A stretch of 64,000 nucleotides of DNA. Source: Hadesarchaea archaeon (GTDB taxonomy: Archaea; Hadarchaeota; Hadarchaeia; Hadarchaeales; Hadarchaeaceae). The position numbers were made by a program, and so were the translations under genes. This document shows, in pieces, positions 55,251-63,199 of this stretch. The notes beneath the pieces were generated by a model. The model did no database searches. It was not told the DNA's origin and was given only the letters and a program-made list of their open reading frames with translations. Where the stretch lies: NCBI GenBank assembly GCA_030601675.1, contig JAUWBN010000003.1, forward strand, positions 2,255 to 66,254, written 5' to 3'. Numbering within the stretch: position 1 is the stretch's first letter; the number at the start of each line of letters is the position of its first letter.

Positions 55251-57656
55251 TTAGCTTTTTTTCCCCTTTATCTTCTTGACTTTCGGCTGTAGCTCCCGTT
55301 CTTTACTCCTGAGTTCCTCGAGCCGCGTGCCATACTTTTTAATTAATTCATTATAAGTTTCTCTCGTCAGGGTGCCTTCCGTGTAATACCCCCTGGCCGC
55401 CTCTTTTTTGAGCTTGGGGATTTCCTGAATTTCCCTCCGTATTTCGGCAAGATTTCGAATGAGCCCCTTTTCAAGCATGTGTTTTCGGATGAAGAACACG
55501 GGGACGGCTATCGCTACCACGATGATCGATAGGATTGCCCACCAGTATTGGGAGAGGATGGGCGGGATAGCGGTTGGGGTGTATACCGTCACCTCGAACG
55601 TTCTAGTTCCTTCGGTTTTCCCCGCCGCATCCGTTGAGTAGTATTCGACGGTGTGCTTGCCATCGGTCGAGATTACGAAGGTGTTGCCAGTTTTCCACTC
55701 GCCGCCATTGACGCGATACTTCGTAGAGCTTACCCCTGAGGTTGCATCCGTAGCGGTAAGCGTGACCACCACGGAGTTCTTGTAGCCTTCCGCCCTCAAA
55801 TCTCCAGATAAATCCTTCTGCGTGTTCGGGGGGGTTTGATCAAGGATTATCGAGCCCACCTTCGTTTGGCTGGTGTAACCGGCGTTATCCTTCACCCTGA
55901 CATACACACTTTTAGAGCCATCGTCGCCCGGTAGTTCAAATTCTATCGGGGATTCGAAGTCTTCCCAATCGCCCCAAACTACTCCATCGCTCGAGAATGA
56001 CATCATGTTCGCGTACTGCGCGTCGATGGTCAATTGGACGCTGTTGTCGCTCGTATACGCAGCCCCCGCCTCGATTGCAATGCTCTTGACTTTCGGAGCG
56101 GTCAGCTTGGCGGTGAAGCTCCAAGTTGATGACCAATCTCCCGATCCAGCGGCGTTTGTTCCCCTAACCCTCCAGTAATAGAGAGTCCCATCTAAAAGGC
56201 TCGTGGGCGAAGCCACAGACGACTCTGTGGCACTCCTTGTGAAAACTTTATTTGTAAAATTGTTGTCCGTGGCTACCTCTACCGTGTAGGACTCGGCTCC
56301 TGCGACATCTGACCAGTCGAACGTTGGGGTGAGGTTATCGGTCGTCCCATTCTCCGGCCGCACCAATGAAGGGGCTGTTGGTGGCGCCACTATCGTTACC
56401 GTGATGTCACCCATCCGTGTTAAACCACCATCTGTGCCCGTGACCCCATAGGTAAAGGTCCCAGCGCTCGCGGTGGAGGTCGTTGTAAAGGTTAGGGTGC
56501 TGTTATCAGTTGGAGTGACCGATGATGGACTAAAACTTGCGCTGATCCCCGTTGGTACCGTTCCCGCCCAATCCCCGCTCAACGATACAGTTTGAGTCAC
56601 GCCGGAAACGAGAGTTACCGTAATCGTTGAGATGGCTGAATCACCCCTCATCAACGTTACGTTGTCCGGTGACGCGCTCACCGAGAAGTCAAATGCTGGT
56701 GCCACCGGCGCTATCTCTAGGGACCACGTCGAAGACCAATCGCTCTGGTTGTTGTTATTGTCCACAGCACGAACATGCCAGGAGTAGTTGTCGTTTGGCA
56801 GCTTCGTGGCCGAGGTATATGAGGAGGTGCTCAAGCCGGTGACGTTCTCCTCGGGCGATGAGAAGTCTGAGTCGTTATCGACCTGGATCCAGTAGGTTAT
56901 GATATCTCCCTCGGGATCTGTCGAGGTCTGCCACTGGAAGGTTGGGGTGTTGTCGCTGGTGGATGAACCATCGGAAGGCGAGGACAGCGTCGGAACGCTC
57001 GGCGCTAGATTGGTGGTGACCTCAACCCAGACATAGTCGAAGGATACGGCATCAAATCCTCCACCATCGTTGTTTGTGAACTCGATGTCGAGAGTGGAAA
57101 TCTTGGCCAATGTGTCCACGCCCTGGGCGTAGAGGTCATAGCTACAGACTTGATCCTCCTGCCCATCGGCTGGGACTATGTCCGTACTTGTCAAGGACCC
57201 ACCATCCAAGGCCCACTTAATTGAGTTCGTGCCCTCGTATCCAGCTTCAACCGAGTACTGAACCTTTAGTGCCGCCGCGGTTACCGTCCCGCTCATGCCC
57301 GAGGTGTCGAAGTTATCAATGAACATCACAACACTTTTGTCAACCGTGTACCAGCCATCCCCGGTCGTGACTGCAGAGGGCGAAGCGTCCGATGCATCGT
57401 CCGCTTGAATGTCAGCCAAAAGGTCGCCCGTGTCATCAGATGACCCCTTTGCGCTGGGCGTCGTGTTCCCGGTCGGTGCGGAAACAAGAGCAGGGGTCAT
57501 GCCAAAAATTATCAAAAGGAACAGCCCGGCCAGTAGAGGCGAAAGCAACTTTAACGAAAGCCTCCCCTTTTCAGCCCGTCCAATCAACCAACCCGATGAT
57601 TTAGAGTACATGAACATAGTAGCCTTTTTACTCCTCGATCCCGTAAAGGTGCTCAC
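55251..57656 (-). CDS. Membrane-anchored surface protein with FN3/Ig-like repeats and a cytoplasmic coiled-coil tail
   Basis: 801-aa ORF; ATG 57617 is a likely start. It has an N-terminal hydrophobic signal/anchor and repeated TPTFxW...Y.W.VRA.D..G..S.WS FN3-like modules. A TM helix (WWAILSIIVVAIAVPVFFI) is followed by a roughly 95-aa K/E/R-rich tail. Confidence 0.7.
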   Translation of the reverse strand: MSTFTGSRSKKATMFMYSKSSGWLIGRAEKGRLSLKLLSPLLAGLFLLIIFGMTPALVSAPTGNTTPSAKGSSDDTGDLLADIQADDASDASPSAVTTGDGWYTVDKSVVMFIDNFDTSGMSGTVTAAALKVQYSVEAGYEGTNSIKWALDGGSLTSTDIVPADGQEDQVCSYDLYAQGVDTLAKISTLDIEFTNNDGGGFDAVSFDYVWVEVTTNLAPSVPTLSSPSDGSSTSDNTPTFQWQTSTDPEGDIITYWIQVDNDSDFSSPEENVTGLSTSSYTSATKLPNDNYSWHVRAVDNNNNQSDWSSTWSLEIAPVAPAFDFSVSASPDNVTLMRGDSAISTITVTLVSGVTQTVSLSGDWAGTVPTGISASFSPSSVTPTDNSTLTFTTTSTASAGTFTYGVTGTDGGLTRMGDITVTIVAPPTAPSLVRPENGTTDNLTPTFDWSDVAGAESYTVEVATDNNFTNKVFTRSATESSVASPTSLLDGTLYYWRVRGTNAAGSGDWSSTWSFTAKLTAPKVKSIAIEAGAAYTSDNSVQLTIDAQYANMMSFSSDGVVWGDWEDFESPIEFELPGDDGSKSVYVRVKDNAGYTSQTKVGSIILDQTPPNTQKDLSGDLRAEGYKNSVVVTLTATDATSGVSSTKYRVNGGEWKTGNTFVISTDGKHTVEYYSTDAAGKTEGTRTFEVTVYTPTAIPPILSQYWWAILSIIVVAIAVPVFFIRKHMLEKGLIRNLAEIRREIQEIPKLKKEAARGYYTEGTLTRETYNELIKKYGTRLEELRSKERELQPKVKKIKGKKS

Positions 57657-58443
57657 GGGGCAGGACCTCTAGGCCCCCTTCCCGTGATATGTTCATGGGC
57701 ACAATTTTGTTCGAGTGGTCTGCCCCACGCAGCTTCAGGATTTCGATGGCCCTCATCCTTATCCCCCGAAGTTTGAAATTATACAGGACAAAGGCCCCAT
57801 CGGCCAGAAATTCCTCCACTCCTGTTTTCGAGAGAACTTTTGGGGCTTCCACGGATTCGGATATCAAGAAAGTTGTCACCCTAGCCTTATCAAAAAATCT
57901 GAACAGTTGTTCTATGTAAACCCTATAACTCTCAGGTTTTCCCGTGAATGCCGACTCTAGGGCGGAGATGGAGTCCAGCACGATTACTTGTGGATTAAGG
58001 CCCGCGGGTATCAGCCCCTGAATCTCTTTTATTTCGATCGGCAATGTGCCCGCAGCCTCCTCGAGCAATGCCTCGACGGATTTTGCTGTTTTGAACGGAT
58101 CCATCCGTCTGACAGTGAATGAACCAGCTTTCTTCACCGCTTCAACATCCCAACCGAACATTCGCATATGTGCTTCAAGCCGCTCCGGTAGCTCTTCGAA
58201 CGTGACATAAAGACAGGTGAGGCCGCGACGTGCTAGGTTATAAAGCGTTTGTAGACAGAAAATAGTCTTGCCCGTGCCCGGCCCACCCGAGATGAGGATG
58301 TTGGCGCCCCGCGGTATCCCATGTACAAGCAATTTGTCGAACCCGGGGACCCCTGTTTTTATCCACTCGGGCACCGCGTGTTTTTTGCCTTTATTTGGTT
58401 TTTTCCGGCTTTTTTTCCTTTTTCGATGGTTAGTCATGCCCAT
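57628..58443 (-). CDS. Single-domain KaiC-like (RecA-superfamily) ATPase with a poly-basic N-terminal tail
   Basis: 271 aa with Walker A GGPGTGKT and Walker B-like VIVLDSISALE. The N-terminus has 11 Lys/Arg within residues 7-21. Confidence 0.8.
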   Translation of the reverse strand: MGMTNHRKRKKSRKKPNKGKKHAVPEWIKTGVPGFDKLLVHGIPRGANILISGGPGTGKTIFCLQTLYNLARRGLTCLYVTFEELPERLEAHMRMFGWDVEAVKKAGSFTVRRMDPFKTAKSVEALLEEAAGTLPIEIKEIQGLIPAGLNPQVIVLDSISALESAFTGKPESYRVYIEQLFRFFDKARVTTFLISESVEAPKVLSKTGVEEFLADGAFVLYNFKLRGIRMRAIEILKLRGADHSNKIVPMNISREGGLEVLPREHLYGIEE

Positions 58444-58565
58444 TACCCATTATCCTTTGACGCACACTTTAACTTATGATTTTACCTTTAACTAGATTCT
58501 GGGGGCCTCGGGATCTGGCGAGTGAAAATGAATCGTTTACATGCGCATCAGAGTTAATTTCGAGT

Positions 58566-58628
58566 TCAGCGTTTCCTCTTTTTCTTCACGAGCTTGCCGA
58601 GCCCACGCTTCCGGAGCATCGCTTTGAT
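58566..58628 (-). repeat. Direct repeat copy B (3' end of the membrane-protein gene)
   Basis: See 54366-54428. Confidence 0.85.
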
Positions 58629-59024
58629 CTCTCGCTCGGACGATTTCGGAGGCAAGGGGGGCAGGGGTGTTCGAGCCAGCTTCACCCTGAATACGCTGAT
58701 GATTTTGCTTGCGACGAACATGTACGCGAGCACCAGCACACAAAAGTAAAGCGGTTCGAGCGCGAGCAGCATGGATGTGACGATTGCGGGGCCAACGATT
58801 GCGAGCCCGACCGCTAGGGCAATCACAATCGTTTTGACCTTCCGGCGGCGGTAAAGCACCATGAGCTTTCCCCCAAGACCCAAGAGCAGCGCCTCCAGCC
58901 CAAAAGCCAAAGAACCGACGAGGAGAATTAGGTAGAGGATTTCGATGGCGCTCAAGTCGGTCACCAATCGAGCTAGGGCGGCGGGAGATTTAAAGGGTGG
59001 GCGAACGAACGAACGGCGCCGCAT
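58566..59024 (-). CDS. Small polytopic membrane protein with a basic C-terminal tail
   Basis: 152 aa with 3-4 TM helices. The C-terminus KRGLGKLVKKKRKR is duplicated at 54366-54428. Confidence 0.55.
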   Translation of the reverse strand: MRRRSFVRPPFKSPAALARLVTDLSAIEILYLILLVGSLAFGLEALLLGLGGKLMVLYRRRKVKTIVIALAVGLAIVGPAIVTSMLLALEPLYFCVLVLAYMFVASKIISVFRVKLARTPLPPLPPKSSEREIKAMLRKRGLGKLVKKKRKR

Positions 59025-59676
59025 GGTTACGATTTTGGATCGCCTACGCGCTGAGTTCGAGCTCTGGCGCCGCTACACCGACGACCCCTTCCTGCTGCTC
59101 GTCGGCACCGTCCTCTCGCAGAACACGAACTGGCGCAACACCCGAGCGGCTTACGACCGACTCGTCACGAAGTTTAAGACGCCCAGGCAGCTCGCTAGGG
59201 CGGATGTGCGGGAGATTCAAAAGCTGATCAAACCCGCTGGCTTGTATCGCATGAAATCGAGGCGCCTGAAGGAACTCGCGCAGATAATCTGCCAGCGCTA
59301 CGATGGAAATTTCGGCACCGTGCTTCGAAAGTCGTCTGAGGCGGCGCGTCAAGAGCTTCTCTCGCTACCCGGCGTGGGCTACAAGAGCGCGGATGTGCTG
59401 TTGCTATTTGGCGCGCGGCGCGATGTGCTGCCGATTGATACCCACATTTTTAGGATATCGAAGCGTTTGGGTTTTGCAGCACGTGGGGATGACCACGAGG
59501 AAGTTAGGATTAAGCTCGAAAAACTTGTCCAACGTGGTCGTCGCGGTGAGGCCCACATTTTCTTGATCCAGCACGGCAGGCGCTACTGCCGCGCTCGAAA
59601 CCCGCTGTGCGGTGAGTGTCCGATCAACCGCTTCTGTCCAATCGGAATTCGCCGTGCAAAGCGCGCACGGCTTTAA
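59023..59676 (+). CDS. nth: Endonuclease III family DNA glycosylase (HhH-GPD with a 4Fe-4S loop)
   Basis: HhH region LPGVGYKSADVLL, catalytic D (PIDTH), and Fe-S motif CRARNPLCGECPINRFC. The likely start is MVTILDRL at 59023. Confidence 0.85.
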   Translation: MVTILDRLRAEFELWRRYTDDPFLLLVGTVLSQNTNWRNTRAAYDRLVTKFKTPRQLARADVREIQKLIKPAGLYRMKSRRLKELAQIICQRYDGNFGTVLRKSSEAARQELLSLPGVGYKSADVLLLFGARRDVLPIDTHIFRISKRLGFAARGDDHEEVRIKLEKLVQRGRRGEAHIFLIQHGRRYCRARNPLCGECPINRFCPIGIRRAKRARL

Positions 59677-59741
59677 CGGCGTCCCGCTCGTTGGTTGCGA
59701 AAGAGATGTTGAGCTCCGAGGATCTCTGGGCGATCATGAGG

Positions 59742-60107
59742 TCAGCTTTTGGATTTCGGCTCGAGCACGTAGTACGCGTTAAGAGCTTCGCAGATATTTT
59801 TCGCGAGCGCGTGATAACACATGTCGACGTCGACCTTTTCGGTAGCGATGTTCATCACGTAGTCGCGACAGGTGCAGAAAGCGCGGACAACTTCATATTC
59901 ATCAGCCTTTCCCCGCACGAACCACCGCTGCCCTCGCCTTATAACGCGCCTTCGCTTGATGACTTCTAGGGCCCGCTTTCCCCGCCCGCCATAGACATCC
60001 ATTACCATCCGCTCGAACTCTGGACTGAGCACCTTGTCACGCTTCAGGCGCTTGAACAGCTCTTCCCTCCCGCGCTGGAACGCCGTGGAAACCATCACAA
60101 TCCCCAC
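59742..60107 (-). CDS. Small SWIM-type zinc-finger protein
   Basis: 121 aa with a CxC...CxH pattern (FCTCRDY...DMCYHALA). Confidence 0.55.
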   Translation of the reverse strand: MGIVMVSTAFQRGREELFKRLKRDKVLSPEFERMVMDVYGGRGKRALEVIKRRRVIRRGQRWFVRGKADEYEVVRAFCTCRDYVMNIATEKVDVDMCYHALAKNICEALNAYYVLEPKSKS

Positions 60108-60139
60108 CTAATTAATCACACCGGAGTATTAGAATAAAG

Positions 60140-60976
60140 TTGATGATGGGTCAAACTCTAGCCCTGTTGCGCAAGCACGGCATAAGGCTCAGCAAGCGAG
60201 CGGGGCAGCATCAAGTCATCGACCCCACTGTTCTGGAGCAGATGGTCGACTACGCCGAGCTCTCGCGCGATGACTTGGTGCTCGAGGTGGGTGCTGGAAT
60301 AGGAAATCTAACGCTTTTGCTCGCCGCGCGTGCTGGAGGGGTGATCGCGGTGGAGCGAGATAGAATGATCATAAAAGTCCTAGGGGAGCGGTTGAGGGGC
60401 CACTCGAATGTCGAGCTGTTGTGCGGGGACGCGTTGCGCATCGAGCTTCCCAAGTTTAATAAGGTCGTCGCGAACCTGCCTTACGGCATTTCCTCGGACA
60501 TCACGTTCAGATTTCTCGCCCACGATTTCGAACTGGCCGTACTGATGTATCAGCAGGAGTTCGCCGAGCGGCTCGTGGCGAGGCCGGGGTCCGATGATTA
60601 CGGCCGCCTGACGGTGAACACTTACTATCGCGCGAACGTCGAGTTGTTGAAGGAGGTGCCGCCAGAGGCATTTTTCCCGCAACCAAAAGTCACATCGGCG
60701 ATCGTCAGACTCAGGCCGCGGGAGCCGCCATTCAAGGTCGTGGATGAGCACGTGTTTTTCAACGTGGTTCGGGCGCTCTTCCAACACCGACGCCAGCGGG
60801 TGCGGAACGCGCTATACCGTTCTTTCGGGGGAGTATTCCCTGGTGTGAAAATATCGAAGGCGGAGAGGCGAGCTGCGATAGATCAGAAGCTCCCTAAAGC
60901 GCTTGCCGAAGCACGCGTAATGGACCTTGAGCCGGAGAAATTTGGCGTGATAGCTAACCTACTTACTTCTCCATGA
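60140..60976 (+). CDS. ksgA: 16S rRNA dimethyladenosine transferase KsgA/Dim1
   Basis: 278 aa with GQHQVID, the SAM motif LEVGAGIGNLT, and NLPYGISS. Confidence 0.9.
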   Translation: MMMGQTLALLRKHGIRLSKRAGQHQVIDPTVLEQMVDYAELSRDDLVLEVGAGIGNLTLLLAARAGGVIAVERDRMIIKVLGERLRGHSNVELLCGDALRIELPKFNKVVANLPYGISSDITFRFLAHDFELAVLMYQQEFAERLVARPGSDDYGRLTVNTYYRANVELLKEVPPEAFFPQPKVTSAIVRLRPREPPFKVVDEHVFFNVVRALFQHRRQRVRNALYRSFGGVFPGVKISKAERRAAIDQKLPKALAEARVMDLEPEKFGVIANLLTSP

Positions 60977-63161
60977 AGTCCTCGGGCTTGGGCGGCTCCG
61001 GTTTCAGGCCCTTGCGTTTTCGCGCGTCCCGAATGACCTGTTCCTGGAGCTCCTTGGGCAACCGCTCAAATTTTTCGAACTCTGTCCCCCAGATTGCCCG
61101 CCCCTCGGTCTCCGAGCGCATTTCAGCTGCTAGCCCGAAGGAATTTGCCACCGGCAGCGAGGCTTTGATGATCGCGATGTCTTCTTCTGACTCCATCGTG
61201 ACGATTCGTCCCCGACGCCCCTGGATGACCTTGGTAGCACCGCCCATGAACTCCTGCGGCACCCGCACCTCGAGCTTGAGCCGGGGCTCAAGCACCGTTG
61301 GATTAGCTAGGAGGATTCCGGCCTGAATCGGGCGCCTGACAGCCGGGATGATCTGTGCTGGCCCCCGGTGCACCGAATCCTCGTGCAACGATGCGTCGTC
61401 GATGAGCACTTTGAGCCCGCGCATGGGCTCGCGCATCAACGGCCCCTCCTCGACGACCTGCTCGAAGGCATCGATGGCATAGTCCTCGACCTCGCGCATG
61501 TACTGCACGCCCTTGCTGGCGTCGACGAGGATGTTCGTACCGATGATGGAAACCACGTTCCGCGCGGCGTGGGTCTCCCATCCCAGCTCCCGGAGCACGT
61601 TCGCGCGCTCCTTCCGCTCCTGCTTCTGGGCGACCTTACCCTCCTCGATCGCCTTGATCACCTCCGGATCGATGGGTTCGACTGCGATGAGGAATCGATT
61701 GTGTTTGTTTGGCGACTTGCCCTCGACGTGCTCGGCCCTGCCGAGGAGCGCCTCGCGGTAGACGACAATCGGCTCCGACGTTTTCACTTCAAGCCCAGAT
61801 TCCTTGAGCTTGTACTCGACGATCTCGAGGTGGACCTCGCCCATCCCCGAAACGAGGTACTCCCCCGTCTCCTCGTTGATCTTTATGTGTATGTTCGGGT
61901 CCTCGCGGGAGATCTTCTTGAGCTGGTTTATCAATCGGGGCAACTCCTGGAAGTTCTTGGGCTCGACGGCGACAGTGACGACGGGCTCGCTTATGTAGCG
62001 CATTTCTTCGAAGCCCCTACTCTCGACGCCCGACTCGACGAATGTCTCACCGACGTAAGCCCCCTTCATCCCTATGATAGCCGCGATGTTTCCCGCGGGC
62101 ACCCGATCAACCATGACTCGATCGGGCCCCATGTATACCCCGACCTGCTGGATGCGCGCGTCCTGCCCGGCGCTCACCAGTCTCACGGCCTTCCCCTTCT
62201 CAAGTGTGCCGGAGAAGACCCGACCCGTCGAGATGACCCCGGCCTGCTCGTCCACGATGATGTCGGTGACCACCATGCACACCTTGCCCTCTTGGTTGCA
62301 GGAGAGCATGTCCTTGCCGAGCCCGCTCTCCATGTCTCCCTTCCATATAATCGGGATTCGGCTCGCTTGCGCAACCTTCGGGTTTGGGAGGTGGCGGATG
62401 ACCATATCTAGCACGACCTCGAAAAGCGGACTTCGCTTCGCCAGCTCAGCTTGGTTGCCCGTCTGGTAGGCGGTGATGATGTCCTTGAAGCTGATGTTCT
62501 TGGCCTTCATCTGGGGAACCGAGAGGGCCCACTTATCCTTCGCTGAGCCAAATGCGACGGAGCCCACCTCAACGCTCACCTGCCATTTATCGGCGAGGTC
62601 GGGCGGGGCGTACCTCCGGATCAGCTGGTTAAATTTGGTTATGAGTTTGATGAAACGCGCTTGCATGCCCTCGGGAGTCAGCTTAAGCTCAGAGATGAGA
62701 CGGTCAACCTTGTTGATGAATAGCACGGGTCGCGCTCGCTCGCGCAGCGCTTGGTGGAGCACGGTTTCGGTCTGCGGCATGACGCCCTCGACTGCGTCCA
62801 TGACGACGATCACCCCATCGATTGCGCGCAGGGCCCGCGTGACGTCACCGCTGAAGTCGACGTGTCCCGGGGTATCAAGCAAGTTAATGAGGTGCTCCTT
62901 TCCCTCGAAGATGTGCGCCAGGCTCACTGCTGCAGTCTGCACGGTTATCCCGCGCTGCTGCTCGATCTCGAGGAAATCCGTGAAGAGCTGCTCGCCCGCG
63001 AGTTCGAAGCTTATGATGCCCGAAGCGGCGACCAAGCTGTCCGTGAGCGTCGTCTTGCCATGATCGACGTGAGCAACTATGCCTATGTTTCGGATCAGCT
63101 CAGGCGTCCACATTATTTTGGTCACGTCGCCTAGATGCTTGTAGCGCCGCATATTCACCAC
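60963..63161 (-). CDS. fusA: Translation elongation factor 2 (aEF-2)
   Basis: 732 aa with G1 AHVDHGKTT, DTPGHVDF, NKVDR, and the diphthamide-region HEDSVHRG. Confidence 0.95.
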   Translation of the reverse strand: MVNMRRYKHLGDVTKIMWTPELIRNIGIVAHVDHGKTTLTDSLVAASGIISFELAGEQLFTDFLEIEQQRGITVQTAAVSLAHIFEGKEHLINLLDTPGHVDFSGDVTRALRAIDGVIVVMDAVEGVMPQTETVLHQALRERARPVLFINKVDRLISELKLTPEGMQARFIKLITKFNQLIRRYAPPDLADKWQVSVEVGSVAFGSAKDKWALSVPQMKAKNISFKDIITAYQTGNQAELAKRSPLFEVVLDMVIRHLPNPKVAQASRIPIIWKGDMESGLGKDMLSCNQEGKVCMVVTDIIVDEQAGVISTGRVFSGTLEKGKAVRLVSAGQDARIQQVGVYMGPDRVMVDRVPAGNIAAIIGMKGAYVGETFVESGVESRGFEEMRYISEPVVTVAVEPKNFQELPRLINQLKKISREDPNIHIKINEETGEYLVSGMGEVHLEIVEYKLKESGLEVKTSEPIVVYREALLGRAEHVEGKSPNKHNRFLIAVEPIDPEVIKAIEEGKVAQKQERKERANVLRELGWETHAARNVVSIIGTNILVDASKGVQYMREVEDYAIDAFEQVVEEGPLMREPMRGLKVLIDDASLHEDSVHRGPAQIIPAVRRPIQAGILLANPTVLEPRLKLEVRVPQEFMGGATKVIQGRRGRIVTMESEEDIAIIKASLPVANSFGLAAEMRSETEGRAIWGTEFEKFERLPKELQEQVIRDARKRKGLKPEPPKPEDFMEK

Positions 63162-63199
63162 TTGTTAGGAAATATCTATCTTATAGCTTAAAAGTCGAG

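Larger units (their letters stand above)
54429..58565 (-). mobile_element. About 4.1-kb lower-GC cassette (KaiC-like ATPase, FN3 surface protein, degenerate KaiC-like) bracketed by the 63-nt repeats
   Basis: Flanked by the direct repeats. Sampled lines are about 48% GC, against 60-67% in core genes. No recombinase gene is present. Confidence 0.35.

Noticed and set aside
61368-62411. 347-aa ORF antisense to aEF-2 (plus similar ones at 62473-63063 and 62751-63134)
   Set aside because: The aEF-2 frame is unambiguous. The antisense frames are D/L/R/H-rich with no motifs.
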